From contig CAZKXI010000002.1 of the NCBI GenBank assembly GCA_964556755.1, positions 88,263-152,262 on the forward strand: a stretch of 64,000 nt of DNA, in the 5' to 3' direction. Positions within the stretch are counted from its first letter, which is position 1. Each line of letters begins with the position of its first letter. The notes under the pieces are model-generated. The model ran no database searches, had not been told where the DNA came from, and saw nothing but the letters and a program-made list of their open reading frames with translations. The stretch comes from an uncultured Eubacteriales bacterium. GTDB lineage: Bacteria; Acidobacteriota; Aminicenantia; Aminicenantales; UBA4085. Shown here one piece after another: positions 45,870-54,612 of this stretch. Both the position numbers and the translations under genes were made by a program.

Positions 45870-46766
45870 TCACCTCGAGGAGGCCGGCCGTCTTTTGGGG
45901 ACGCCGCCGGGCCGCTTCCCCAGCGCCTCGTTGAGGCTGCCCGTCCGATACCCCCCCAGGTCCAAAGCCACATAGAGATACCCTAAGCCCCGCAGGCCCT
46001 TCTCGGCTCTTTTCCTGATCCGTGGCTCGATCATCCTTCCAAGATCCGCCGGCGCCACCTCGATCCGGGCCACGTCGCCGTGGTGCCGGACCCTGACCAG
46101 CCCGAATCCCAGGCGCCCCAGCATCTCCTCGGCTTGACCGATCCTCTCGAGGGCCTCTCGCGTGATCGGCGTCCCATAGGGGATGCGCGACGCCAGACAG
46201 GCCATCGAAGGCAGGCTCCAAGTCGGCAAGCCCCACCGGCGGGACAGGACCCGGATGTCGGCCTTGGTCAGGCCGGCCTCACGCAGGGGCGAACGGACGC
46301 CCAGCTCAGCCGCCGCCTGGGCTCCGGGACGGAAGTCCCGGCCGTCGTCGGCGTTCTGACCGTCCGCCACACAAGACAATCCCTTTTCCTCCGCCAACTT
46401 CCGCAAGCGGGCCATGAGGTCCTTCTTGCAGTGATAGCAGCGCAGAGGCGGATTGGAGACGTAGTCGGGATTGTCCATCTCGGCCGTCGCGATCACCTCG
46501 TGCCGGACCTTCATCCCGCGAGCCAAGCGGCGGGCCAGCCTCAGCTCCCGCGCCGGATAGGACGGCGAGGCGGCGGTCACCGCCTCCACCCGTCCGCCCA
46601 GGACCTCGACGGCCGCCTTCAAAAGGAAGGTGCTGTCCACTCCGCCGGAGAAGGCGATCAGGACCGAATCCATGTCGCGGAGGATCCCCTTCAGACGGGC
46701 CAGCTTGGCCGCCGGGCCCGGGCGGGCGGGCCGCCGGGATCGCGTCGTCGCTTGGCCTTGCCTCAT
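45870..46766 (-). CDS. PP-loop ATP pyrophosphatase, LarE-like sacrificial sulfur transferase family
   Basis: SGGVDS PP-loop (LIAFSGGVDSTFLL), conserved Cys (CYHCK); N-terminal start uncertain. Confidence 0.6.
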   Translation of the reverse strand: MRQGQATTRSRRPARPGPAAKLARLKGILRDMDSVLIAFSGGVDSTFLLKAAVEVLGGRVEAVTAASPSYPARELRLARRLARGMKVRHEVIATAEMDNPDYVSNPPLRCYHCKKDLMARLRKLAEEKGLSCVADGQNADDGRDFRPGAQAAAELGVRSPLREAGLTKADIRVLSRRWGLPTWSLPSMACLASRIPYGTPITREALERIGQAEEMLGRLGFGLVRVRHHGDVARIEVAPADLGRMIEPRIRKRAEKGLRGLGYLYVALDLGGYRTGSLNEALGKRPGGVPKRRPASSR

Positions 46767-46806
46767 GGTCTGGACTCTCTTTCCGCGGCCCGGCCGCCGC
46801 GAGGCC

Positions 46807-47883
46807 TCAGATCCGGCCGCCGCCGATGACCCGCAGCAGAGCCGGGACGATCTCCCTCTCCGGCACCTTGCCGAGGACCTTCCCGGCCCGGAAGATCGTC
46901 CCGGTCCCGCGGCCGCAGGCGACCCCGTAGTCGGCCTCCCTGGCCTCGCCGGGGCCGTTGACCATGCAGCCCATGACGGCCACGCGGATCGGGCGGTCGA
47001 GGCCGGCCAGGGCCTTCTCCACCGCCGCGGCCGTGCGGGCCAGGGCCGTCTCCGAGCGCCCGCAGGTCGGACAGGAGACGATCTCGACGCCCCGCCGCCG
47101 CAGGCTCAGCGCGGCCACGATCTTCCAGGCGACCTTGACTTCGAGCTCGGGCGGGGCGGTCAGGCTGACCCGGATGGTATCGGCCAAGCCTTCGCTCAAC
47201 AGGAGGCCCAGCCCCACCGCGGACTTGACGGATCCGTCCAGGGGTCCTCCGGCCTCGGTGATGCCGGCGTGAAAGGGGTAATCGCAGGCCGAGGCCAGCC
47301 GGCGGTAGGCTTCCAGCGTTCGGGTCACATCGGAGGCCTTCAGGGAGACCTTGATGAGTCGGTAGTCGAGGTCCTCCAGGATGCGGATATGGCGCAGGGC
47401 GCTGGCGGCCATGGCCTCGGCAGTCGCTCCGCCGTGGCGCTCCAGAAGGTCTCTCTCCAGCGAGCCGGAGTTGACGCCGATCCGGATCGGGACCGAGCGC
47501 TCCCGGGCCGCCCGGACGACCTCCTCCACCCTGGCCCGGCCGCCGATGTTTCCGGGATTGATGCGCAGGCCGTCCACGCCCGCCTTCAGGCAGGCCAGGG
47601 CCAGCCGGTGGTCGAAGTGGATGTCGGCGACCAGGGGGAGGCGCGTTCGGGCCTTGATCCGCGCCAGCGCCGCGGCCGCCTCCGCGTCCGGGACGGCCAG
47701 GCGGACGATCTCGCAGCCGGCTCTCTCCAGCCGGCGGATCTGGGCCAGCGTGGCCCGGACGTCGCGGGTGTCCGTCTTGGTCATGGACTGGACGGAGACG
47801 GGGGCGCCGGCGCCGATCCGGACCGAGCCCAGCCGCAGGCCGACCGTGGAGCGGCGGGGCGGAGCCGGCGTCGGGCTTGTCAT
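46807..47883 (-). CDS. ispG: 4-hydroxy-3-methylbut-2-en-1-yl diphosphate synthase
   Basis: PVSVQSMT, TIM-barrel region, C-terminal Fe-S Cys (CPTCGR..GCMVNGPGE). Confidence 0.9.
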   Translation of the reverse strand: MTSPTPAPPRRSTVGLRLGSVRIGAGAPVSVQSMTKTDTRDVRATLAQIRRLERAGCEIVRLAVPDAEAAAALARIKARTRLPLVADIHFDHRLALACLKAGVDGLRINPGNIGGRARVEEVVRAARERSVPIRIGVNSGSLERDLLERHGGATAEAMAASALRHIRILEDLDYRLIKVSLKASDVTRTLEAYRRLASACDYPFHAGITEAGGPLDGSVKSAVGLGLLLSEGLADTIRVSLTAPPELEVKVAWKIVAALSLRRRGVEIVSCPTCGRSETALARTAAAVEKALAGLDRPIRVAVMGCMVNGPGEAREADYGVACGRGTGTIFRAGKVLGKVPEREIVPALLRVIGGGRI

Positions 47884-47952
47884 ATTCCGACCGATTATAT
47901 CAGAAAAGATCCGCCCGCCAAGCGGCCCCGGCCGGCGCCCGCCTCGCCTCCC

Positions 47953-49284
47953 CTAGAAGGGCCACAGGCTGGCCCAGCCGTGGGGCATCTTCTTGACGAT
48001 GTCGTTCAGCAGGACGAAGCCGATGAGGAAGACGAAGATGACGAACCCGATCTGCATCCAGATCTGGCGGGCCTTGGGCCCCAGGTCGCGGCGGACGAGG
48101 CCTTCGATGGCCAGGACGAAGAGCTGGCCGCCGTCCAGGACGGGGATCGGGAAGAGGTTCAGGATTCCCAGCTGGAGGCTGATCAGGGCGATCCAGCTCA
48201 TCAGGGCCAGGAAGCCCATCTTCAGCGCGGCGTAGGAGAAGTTGGCGATCTCCAGGGGGCCGCCGATCTGGCGGGCCGAGGTCTGGCCGGTGACGACGCC
48301 CTTGAGGAAGTCCACGACCAGGAAGACCAGCCGCTTGTTCTCCTTGTAGCTCTCCCCCACCGCGGCCAGGAAGCCGAACTTCTTGGTCGCCGACTCGGCC
48401 GCCTGCAGCACGCCGACCTTGCCCACTTGGCCCTCCCGCCGCGGGGTGATCGTCAGGGCCACTTCGGCCCCGCCGCGCCGCACCAGGAAGGCCAGGGGCG
48501 TCTCCGGATGGCTCTCGATGGTCTTGATGAACTTGTAGAAGTAGGCCGGCTGGCCGTCGATGGCCAGGATGACGTCTCCGGCCCGGAGGCCGCCTTTCTC
48601 CGCCGGCGAGCCCGGAGTGACCATGCGGATCTGGGTCAGGACCTTGCCGTAGAAGCCGGCATAGCCCATGTCGTACTTGGTCCGGCTCTCGGTCGTCAGG
48701 GATACGGGCATCGCCACGCCGTCGCGGCGGATCTGGAGCCTTAGCTCCCGCTCGGGCTTGGTCCCCACCGCCACCTCGACGTCGCTCCAGGTCTTCACCG
48801 GCCGGCCGTCGATGGCCAGGATGAGGTCGTTCTCCCGCAGGCCGGCCTTCTCGGCCGGCGAGCCGGCGTCGATCCAGCCGATGTCGGGAGCCTGGTCCTG
48901 GTAGACCGGCGACTCGACGCCGGCCATGTTGATGCCGGCCACGATGACCACGGCCAGCAGGATGTTCATGATCGGGCCCATGGCGATGATCAGGAAGCGG
49001 GCCCAGCGAGGCTTGGCCCCGAAGTCATCGGGCTCCAGCTGGCGGCCGGGATCGAAGACGCCCTCGCCGAGGAAGCGGCAGTAGCCGCCCAGGGGCAGCA
49101 GGCTGACCCGGTAGTCGGTATGGCCCCTCTTGAAGCCGAACAGGCGCTTGCCGTAGCCGAAAGAGAAGACCTCGACCCGGACGCCCATCAGCTTGCCCAT
49201 GAAGAAATGGCCGAACTCGTGGACGAAGACGAGCACGCCGAAGACGATGACGAAAGCCAGGATGGTCCCGAGCAGATTGATCAT
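47953..49284 (-). CDS. rseP: RIP metalloprotease RseP (M50, PDZ domains)
   Basis: HEFGHF zinc motif in TM1, two PDZ-like regions, C-terminal LDGG motif. Confidence 0.85.
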   Translation of the reverse strand: MINLLGTILAFVIVFGVLVFVHEFGHFFMGKLMGVRVEVFSFGYGKRLFGFKRGHTDYRVSLLPLGGYCRFLGEGVFDPGRQLEPDDFGAKPRWARFLIIAMGPIMNILLAVVIVAGINMAGVESPVYQDQAPDIGWIDAGSPAEKAGLRENDLILAIDGRPVKTWSDVEVAVGTKPERELRLQIRRDGVAMPVSLTTESRTKYDMGYAGFYGKVLTQIRMVTPGSPAEKGGLRAGDVILAIDGQPAYFYKFIKTIESHPETPLAFLVRRGGAEVALTITPRREGQVGKVGVLQAAESATKKFGFLAAVGESYKENKRLVFLVVDFLKGVVTGQTSARQIGGPLEIANFSYAALKMGFLALMSWIALISLQLGILNLFPIPVLDGGQLFVLAIEGLVRRDLGPKARQIWMQIGFVIFVFLIGFVLLNDIVKKMPHGWASLWPF

Positions 49285-50444
49285 GAAGGATTCCTCGATT
49301 CGATGATTCGGGCCGCCTCAGCCCGGGCTTCGCGGTCGGCGGCGAAGACCGCCCGCAGCCCGCCCAGCTCCGCCCTCCGGTGGCGGCGCATGGCCTCGGC
49401 CACGACCTCGGCGATCCCCAGGTAGCCGATCCTCCCGGAGAGGAACGCCTCCACCGCCGCCTCGTTGGCGGCGCTCAAGGCGGCGGGCGCCGTCCCGCCG
49501 GACTCCAGGGCAGCCCGGGCCAGCCCCAGCAGGGGGAAGCGGTCCGCGTCCACGGCCAGGAATTCGAGACGACCGGCCGCGGCCAGGTCCAGCCGGGCCG
49601 GAGGGGTCGGGCGCCGGTCGGGATAGGTCAGGGCGTATTGGATGGGGATACGCATGTCGGTCGGCCCCAGCTGGGCCAGCATCGAGCCGTCGCGCATCTC
49701 GACCAGGGCATGGACGAGGCTCTGGGGATGGATGATCACGTCCAGCCGGGCCGGCTCGATGTCGAAGAGCCAGCGGGCTTCGATCAGCTCCAAGCCCTTG
49801 TTCATCAGCGTCGCCGAATCGATGGTCACCTTGCGCCCCATCCGCCAGCGGGGGTGGCGCAGGGCCTGAGGCACGGACCGGGTGCCCAGCCTCTCCAGAG
49901 GCGTTCTCAGGAAAGGGCCGCCGGAGGCGGTCAGGATGACCCGCCGGACGAGCCGCGCGTCCTGGCCGGCCAGGCACTGGAAGACGCCGCTGTGCTCGGA
50001 GTCGACCGGCAGGAGAGCGGCCCCGGAGCGGGCGGCCGCCCGGCGCAGGAGCGGCCCGGCGGCGACCAGGGATTCCTTGTTGGCCAGGGCCACGGTCTTG
50101 CCGGCCCGGACGGCGGCCATGGTCGGCGCGAGCCCGGCGATGCCGGTGATGGCCGAGACGGCCAGATCGGCCTCGGGCCAGGCGGCGGCCCGCTCCGCTC
50201 CTTCCGGGCCGGAGCCCAGCTCCACGCGCAGGCCGCCCAGAAGGGCCTTCAGCCGGGCCTCATCCTCGGGCTTGGCGACGGAGATGAAGCGGGGCCGGAA
50301 CTCGGCCGCCTGCTCGGCCAGACGGCGCAGGTTTCCCCCCGCCGCCAGGGCCGCCACGCGGAAGCGGCCGCGGTCGCGGCGGATGATGTCCAGGGTGGAC
50401 AGCCCGATGGAGCCGGTCGAGCCCAGGAGGGAGATGGACCGCAT
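49281..50444 (-). CDS. dxr: 1-deoxy-D-xylulose 5-phosphate reductoisomerase
   Basis: LGSTGSIG NADPH-binding motif, LANKESLV, full-length Dxr signature regions. Confidence 0.9.
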   Translation of the reverse strand: MRSISLLGSTGSIGLSTLDIIRRDRGRFRVAALAAGGNLRRLAEQAAEFRPRFISVAKPEDEARLKALLGGLRVELGSGPEGAERAAAWPEADLAVSAITGIAGLAPTMAAVRAGKTVALANKESLVAAGPLLRRAAARSGAALLPVDSEHSGVFQCLAGQDARLVRRVILTASGGPFLRTPLERLGTRSVPQALRHPRWRMGRKVTIDSATLMNKGLELIEARWLFDIEPARLDVIIHPQSLVHALVEMRDGSMLAQLGPTDMRIPIQYALTYPDRRPTPPARLDLAAAGRLEFLAVDADRFPLLGLARAALESGGTAPAALSAANEAAVEAFLSGRIGYLGIAEVVAEAMRRHRRAELGGLRAVFAADREARAEAARIIESRNPS

Positions 50445-50450
50445 CGGGGC

Positions 50451-51257
50451 TCACTTCCAGAAGTGGAGGGCGAAGTAGTAGAAGAAGGGCGCGGCCAGGA
50501 GGTAGCTGTCGATCCGGTCGAGAAAGCCGCCGTGGCCGGGAAGGAGATTGGAGGAGTCCTTGACCCCCGCGGCCCGCTTGAAGAGGGATTCGAAGGGGTC
50601 GCTGATCTCGGCCGCGGCCTGGGTCAGGACGCCGCACACGGCCGCCGCCAGCGGGCCGACCGAGGGGAAGAGGAGAGCTCGTCCGGCCAGGGCGCCCAGC
50701 AGCGAAGCCGCCAGGCCGGCCAGGGCGCCTTCCCAGGTCTTGCGCGGGCTGGCGATCGGCGTCATCGGATGGCGGCCGAAGCGCTTCCCGATCAAGAAAG
50801 CGCCCGTGTCGCCCATGAAGACGACGATGAGCAGGAAGAGGATGCCCTCCCTCCCCTGCTCGACGCGGATTCGGTAGAGGAAGTCCATCGGCAAGGCCAC
50901 GTAGAGCGCCCCGAACAGGGTCAGGGAGATCGCCGAAGGGAAGACGGCCAGCTTGTCCAGGGTGTTGAAGGACCAGACGAAGCTGACGGCCGCGGCCAGG
51001 AGGCCCAAGAACAAAGCCATGGCCAAGGGAACGGCCGGCGTCAGGAAGGAGGCCCCGATCAGGGCCGCGGTGGCCAGGCCGACCCAGCGCTGAGGCCTCA
51101 GGCGGCGGCGCCGGGCCAGATTGTAGAATTCCCAGAGAGCCGCCGCGATGAAGACCTGGAGGAAGACAAAGAGGGTCCAGGCCGGGGCCCAGACCACGAT
51201 CGACAGGAGGACGGCCAAGAGGACGACGGCCGTAGGGACGCGCTGGCGGTCGCTCAT
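50451..51257 (-). CDS. cdsA: phosphatidate cytidylyltransferase
   Basis: Multi-TM, C-terminal SxLKRxxGVKDSSNLLPGHGGxLDRxDS signature. Confidence 0.85.
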   Translation of the reverse strand: MSDRQRVPTAVVLLAVLLSIVVWAPAWTLFVFLQVFIAAALWEFYNLARRRRLRPQRWVGLATAALIGASFLTPAVPLAMALFLGLLAAAVSFVWSFNTLDKLAVFPSAISLTLFGALYVALPMDFLYRIRVEQGREGILFLLIVVFMGDTGAFLIGKRFGRHPMTPIASPRKTWEGALAGLAASLLGALAGRALLFPSVGPLAAAVCGVLTQAAAEISDPFESLFKRAAGVKDSSNLLPGHGGFLDRIDSYLLAAPFFYYFALHFWK

Positions 51258-52027
51258 GGGACCGACCGGATTCCGCCGAAGCGGCGGCGGCGAGCCTGAA
51301 AGTCGATGAGGGCCTGGAAGAAATGCTCCTTGCGGAAGTCCGGCCAGAGGACGTCGGTGATCCAGATCTCCGCGTAGGCGGCCTGCCAGAGCAGGAAGTT
51401 GGAGATCCGCTTCTCGCCGCTCGTCCGGATCATGAGGTCGGGATCCGGCAGCCCCGCCGTATAGAGGCGGCTCGCGATCTCCTTCTCGTCGACTTGCTCG
51501 GGCCGGAGGCGGCCCTGCGCCAGGATAGACCGCACGGCGTCGACGATCTCGGCCCGGCCGCCGTAGTTGAGGGCCAGCCCGACGGTCATGCGGCGGTTGG
51601 CGGCCGTCACGGCCTCGACCCGGTCCAGCTGGCGGAGGAGGCTGGCCGGCAGGCCCTGACGCTGGCCAAGGACTTTCAGCCGCAGATCATTTCGGATCAG
51701 CAGCTTGTCTTCCCTGACCAGATACTGCTCCAGGGCTCGAAACAGAGCCGAGACCTCGCGCCGGGGACGCTGCCAGTTCTCCTTGGAGAAGGCGTAGAGG
51801 GTCAGGACCTGGATGCCGGTGCGGGCGGCGGTCTCGACGATCTCCTTGACCGACTTCAGCCCGGCCCGATGGCCCTCGACCCTCGAGCGTCCTCTGGCCT
51901 GGGCCCAGCGGCCGTTGCCGTCCATGATGACGGCCACGTGGGCCGGGATGCGGGCCGGGTCGATGTTCTGCATCAGGCGGTCCGCCTCGCCGCCGGGGGG
52001 GAGGACGCCCTTCCATGATTCGAGCAT
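51254..52027 (-). CDS. uppS: isoprenyl transferase (undecaprenyl diphosphate synthase)
   Basis: HVAVIMDGNGRWA, FSKENWQRP, ISNFLLWQ motifs; start uncertain (ORF extends to 52066). Confidence 0.8.
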   Translation of the reverse strand: MLESWKGVLPPGGEADRLMQNIDPARIPAHVAVIMDGNGRWAQARGRSRVEGHRAGLKSVKEIVETAARTGIQVLTLYAFSKENWQRPRREVSALFRALEQYLVREDKLLIRNDLRLKVLGQRQGLPASLLRQLDRVEAVTAANRRMTVGLALNYGGRAEIVDAVRSILAQGRLRPEQVDEKEIASRLYTAGLPDPDLMIRTSGEKRISNFLLWQAAYAEIWITDVLWPDFRKEHFFQALIDFQARRRRFGGIRSVP

Positions 52028-52134
52028 AAGGCGGTCATTATAGGCCGTCCCGCAGCCCCCGGTCAACCCGATTTCCTACGGATTTGGTAGACTATAGGGG
52101 CCGATTCTGATATCCTGGCCGGGAGAGCCTCATC

Positions 52135-52374
52135 ATGTGCCTGGGCATTCCATCCAAGATCGTGGAGATCGACTCCGCCTCCAAGACGGGGCGGGTGGAT
52201 CATCTAGGGACCAAAGTCGCCGCCGATTTTGCGCTCCTGGAGGAGCCGAAGGTCGGCGACTGGGTCATCCTGCACGCCGGCTTCGCCATCTCCCGCCTGG
52301 ACGAGGATGAGGCCCGCAAGACTCTGGATCTGCTCCGCGAAGTGACCGAGAAGGACCCCTCGTTCCTGTCCTGA
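52135..52374 (+). CDS. hypC: hydrogenase maturation factor HypC
   Basis: N-terminal MCLGIP (Cys2) signature, ~79 aa. Confidence 0.85.
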   Translation: MCLGIPSKIVEIDSASKTGRVDHLGTKVAADFALLEEPKVGDWVILHAGFAISRLDEDEARKTLDLLREVTEKDPSFLS

Positions 52375-52375
52375 C

Positions 52376-53485
52376 ATGGCCAAGGCCGATCCCTTTCAAG
52401 ACCGGGCCGCGATCGAGGCCCTGCTCCGCCAGGCAGCCCGCCTGCGCCGCGAGGCCGGGCCGGATTGCCGCCTGATGGAGGTCTGCGGGACCCACACCAT
52501 GGCCGTCCACCGCAGCGGGCTCAAAGCCCGCCTGCGCCAGGCCGGCATCGAGCTGGTCGCGGGGCCCGGCTGCCCCGTCTGCATCACTCCCGGCGACATC
52601 CACGAGGCGGCCGTCGGGCTGGTCGCGGAGCGGGAGAACCTGATCCTGGCCGCCTTCGGCGACATGACCCGGGTCCCCACGCGGCGCGGCTCCCTGCAAG
52701 CGGCGGCCCCGGCGCGGGGATCGTCGGTCCGGGTCGTCTATTCGCCCCGCGAGTCGCTCGACTTGGCCAAGCGCCACCCGGACAAGGAGATCGTCTTCTT
52801 CGGGGCCGGCTTCGAGACGACCATCCCGGGCATCGCCCTGACCGCCCGGCAGGCGGCTCGGGAGGGCTTGGGCAACTACTCCGTCCTGACGGCCTTCTGG
52901 CTCATCCCGCCCCCCCTGCGGACCATCCTGAGCGCGAAGGACGCCCGCGTCTCGGGCTTCCTCTACCCGGGCCATGTCTCGGCCGTGATCGGCCCGCGCG
53001 CCTACGATTTCGTGGCCGGGGAGTTCGGCAAGCCGGGGGCCATCGCCGGCTTCGAGCCGGCGGATATACTCCTGGGGATCGTCTCCATCCTAAAGCAGCT
53101 GGTCGAGGGCCGGCCCCGGGTGGACAACGCCTACGCCAGGGTCGTCGCCCCGGAGGGCAATCCCCTGGCCCGGGCGGCCATGGCCGAGATTCTAGAGGAG
53201 AAGGACGCCGTCTGGAGGGGGCTGGGGCGGATTCCGCGAAGCGGGCTGCGGCTGCGGGACGAATACGCCGGCTGGGACGCGGAGAGGCGGTTCGGCTTGA
53301 AGCTGGGCGGCGAATCGTCCGACCTGCCCGGATGCCGCTGCGGCGACGTGCTCAAGGGCCGCATCGAGCCGCCGGGGTGCAAGCTGTTCGGGCGGAGCTG
53401 CCGGCCCGACCTGCCGCAAGGCCCCTGCATGGTCTCCTACGAGGGCGCCTGTCTGGCATTCTACAAATACGGGCGGAATCTATGA
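52376..53485 (+). CDS. hypD: hydrogenase maturation factor HypD
   Basis: MEVCGTHT, GPGCPVC, C-terminal Cys cluster. Confidence 0.9.
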   Translation: MAKADPFQDRAAIEALLRQAARLRREAGPDCRLMEVCGTHTMAVHRSGLKARLRQAGIELVAGPGCPVCITPGDIHEAAVGLVAERENLILAAFGDMTRVPTRRGSLQAAAPARGSSVRVVYSPRESLDLAKRHPDKEIVFFGAGFETTIPGIALTARQAAREGLGNYSVLTAFWLIPPPLRTILSAKDARVSGFLYPGHVSAVIGPRAYDFVAGEFGKPGAIAGFEPADILLGIVSILKQLVEGRPRVDNAYARVVAPEGNPLARAAMAEILEEKDAVWRGLGRIPRSGLRLRDEYAGWDAERRFGLKLGGESSDLPGCRCGDVLKGRIEPPGCKLFGRSCRPDLPQGPCMVSYEGACLAFYKYGRNL

Positions 53486-54474
53486 GCATCGATCGGATCG
53501 GTTTGGACCTCGGGAGCGGCGGCAAGGCCATGCGCGACTTCATCGCCGGGCGGATTCTGCCGGCTTTCCGCAATGCCCTGCTCGAGCCTCTCCTGGACGC
53601 CGGGCGCCTGCCCGAGGGCCTGGCCCTGACGACGGACAGCTACGTCGTCGATCCGCCGGTCTTTCCCGGGGGCGACATCGGGACGCTGGCCGTCAACGGG
53701 ACGGTCAACGACCTTGTCGTGTCCGGGGCCAAGCCGCTCTACCTGTCGCTGGGGCTGATCCTGGAGGAAGGGCTGGAGTGGACCCTGCTCGACCGCGTGC
53801 TGCGCTCGCTGCGCCGGGCGGCGGACGCGGCGGGCGTGCGCGTCGTCACGGGCGACACCAAGGTGGTGCGGCGCGGCCAGGGCGACGGGATCTACATCAA
53901 CACGGCCGGCCTGGGCAAGATCGTGGCCGAGCCGCGGCCCCGAAGCATCAAGACGGGCGACGCGATCATCGTCACCGGTACCCTCGGCGAGCATAGCCTG
54001 GCCATTCTGGCCGCTCGAGGCGAGTATGGATTCGACAGCCCGGCCCGCAGCGACTGCGCTCCCCTGGTCTTCCTGCTCCCCATCTGGAAGGCCGGAGCCC
54101 TGTGGATGCGCGACATTACCCGGGGCGGCCTGGCGACCGTCCTGTCGGAGCTGGCCGAAAGCCTGCCCTTCCCCGTGCTGATCGAAGAGGCCGACGTTCC
54201 CCTGTCCAAGCCGGTCCGCGCGGCCGCCGCGATCCTGGGCATTGACCCGCTCTACTTGGCGTGCGAGGGGCGGGCGGTCATCGTCGCTCCCAAGGCGAGG
54301 GCGGAGGCGATCCTGAAGAAGATCGCCGCCCATCCCCTGGGGCGGCGGGCCCGGATCATCGGACGGGTCGGGGGAAGCGAAGGGCGGCCGGGGGAACTGC
54401 TCCTGCGCACTTCGTCGGGCGGCCTGCGCCTCCTGGAGCCCCTAACCTCCGAGCTCCTCCCCCGAATTTGTTGA
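53482..54474 (+). CDS. hypE: hydrogenase expression/formation protein HypE
   Basis: PurM-like fold, C-terminal PRIC motif; ATG 53482 overlaps hypD stop; rest of ORF 52465..54474 is an alternate-frame artefact. Confidence 0.9.
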   Translation: MSIDRIGLDLGSGGKAMRDFIAGRILPAFRNALLEPLLDAGRLPEGLALTTDSYVVDPPVFPGGDIGTLAVNGTVNDLVVSGAKPLYLSLGLILEEGLEWTLLDRVLRSLRRAADAAGVRVVTGDTKVVRRGQGDGIYINTAGLGKIVAEPRPRSIKTGDAIIVTGTLGEHSLAILAARGEYGFDSPARSDCAPLVFLLPIWKAGALWMRDITRGGLATVLSELAESLPFPVLIEEADVPLSKPVRAAAAILGIDPLYLACEGRAVIVAPKARAEAILKKIAAHPLGRRARIIGRVGGSEGRPGELLLRTSSGGLRLLEPLTSELLPRIC

Positions 54475-54612
54475 TAGGGGTCAGGTTGATAGGGGTCAGG
54501 TCTCAAGATTCAAGTTAAGCCAACGTTTGTCTACGAGACGACTCCGTTCGTTGGCGATAATGCAGATAACTTGAATCTTGAGACCTGACCCCTATTTGAT
54601 AAAATAGGGGCG
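54471..54612. repeat. low-GC nested-palindrome element: tandem TTGATAGGGGTCAGG x2, 27-bp perfect inverted repeat with inner 7-bp hairpin, terminal CCCCTATTT/AAATAGGGG palindrome
   Basis: Arms AGGGGTCAGGTCTCAAGATTCAAGTTA (54491-54517) and its exact reverse complement (54567-54593), 49-nt loop with GCCAACG..CGTTGGC; starts at the hypE stop codon and ends 1 nt before the next gene. Confidence 0.6.

Noticed and set aside
52465-54474. 669-aa ORF on plus strand
   Set aside because: The 5' two thirds are an out-of-frame read through hypD. The real hypE starts at ATG 53482 (MSIDRIGLDLGSGG).
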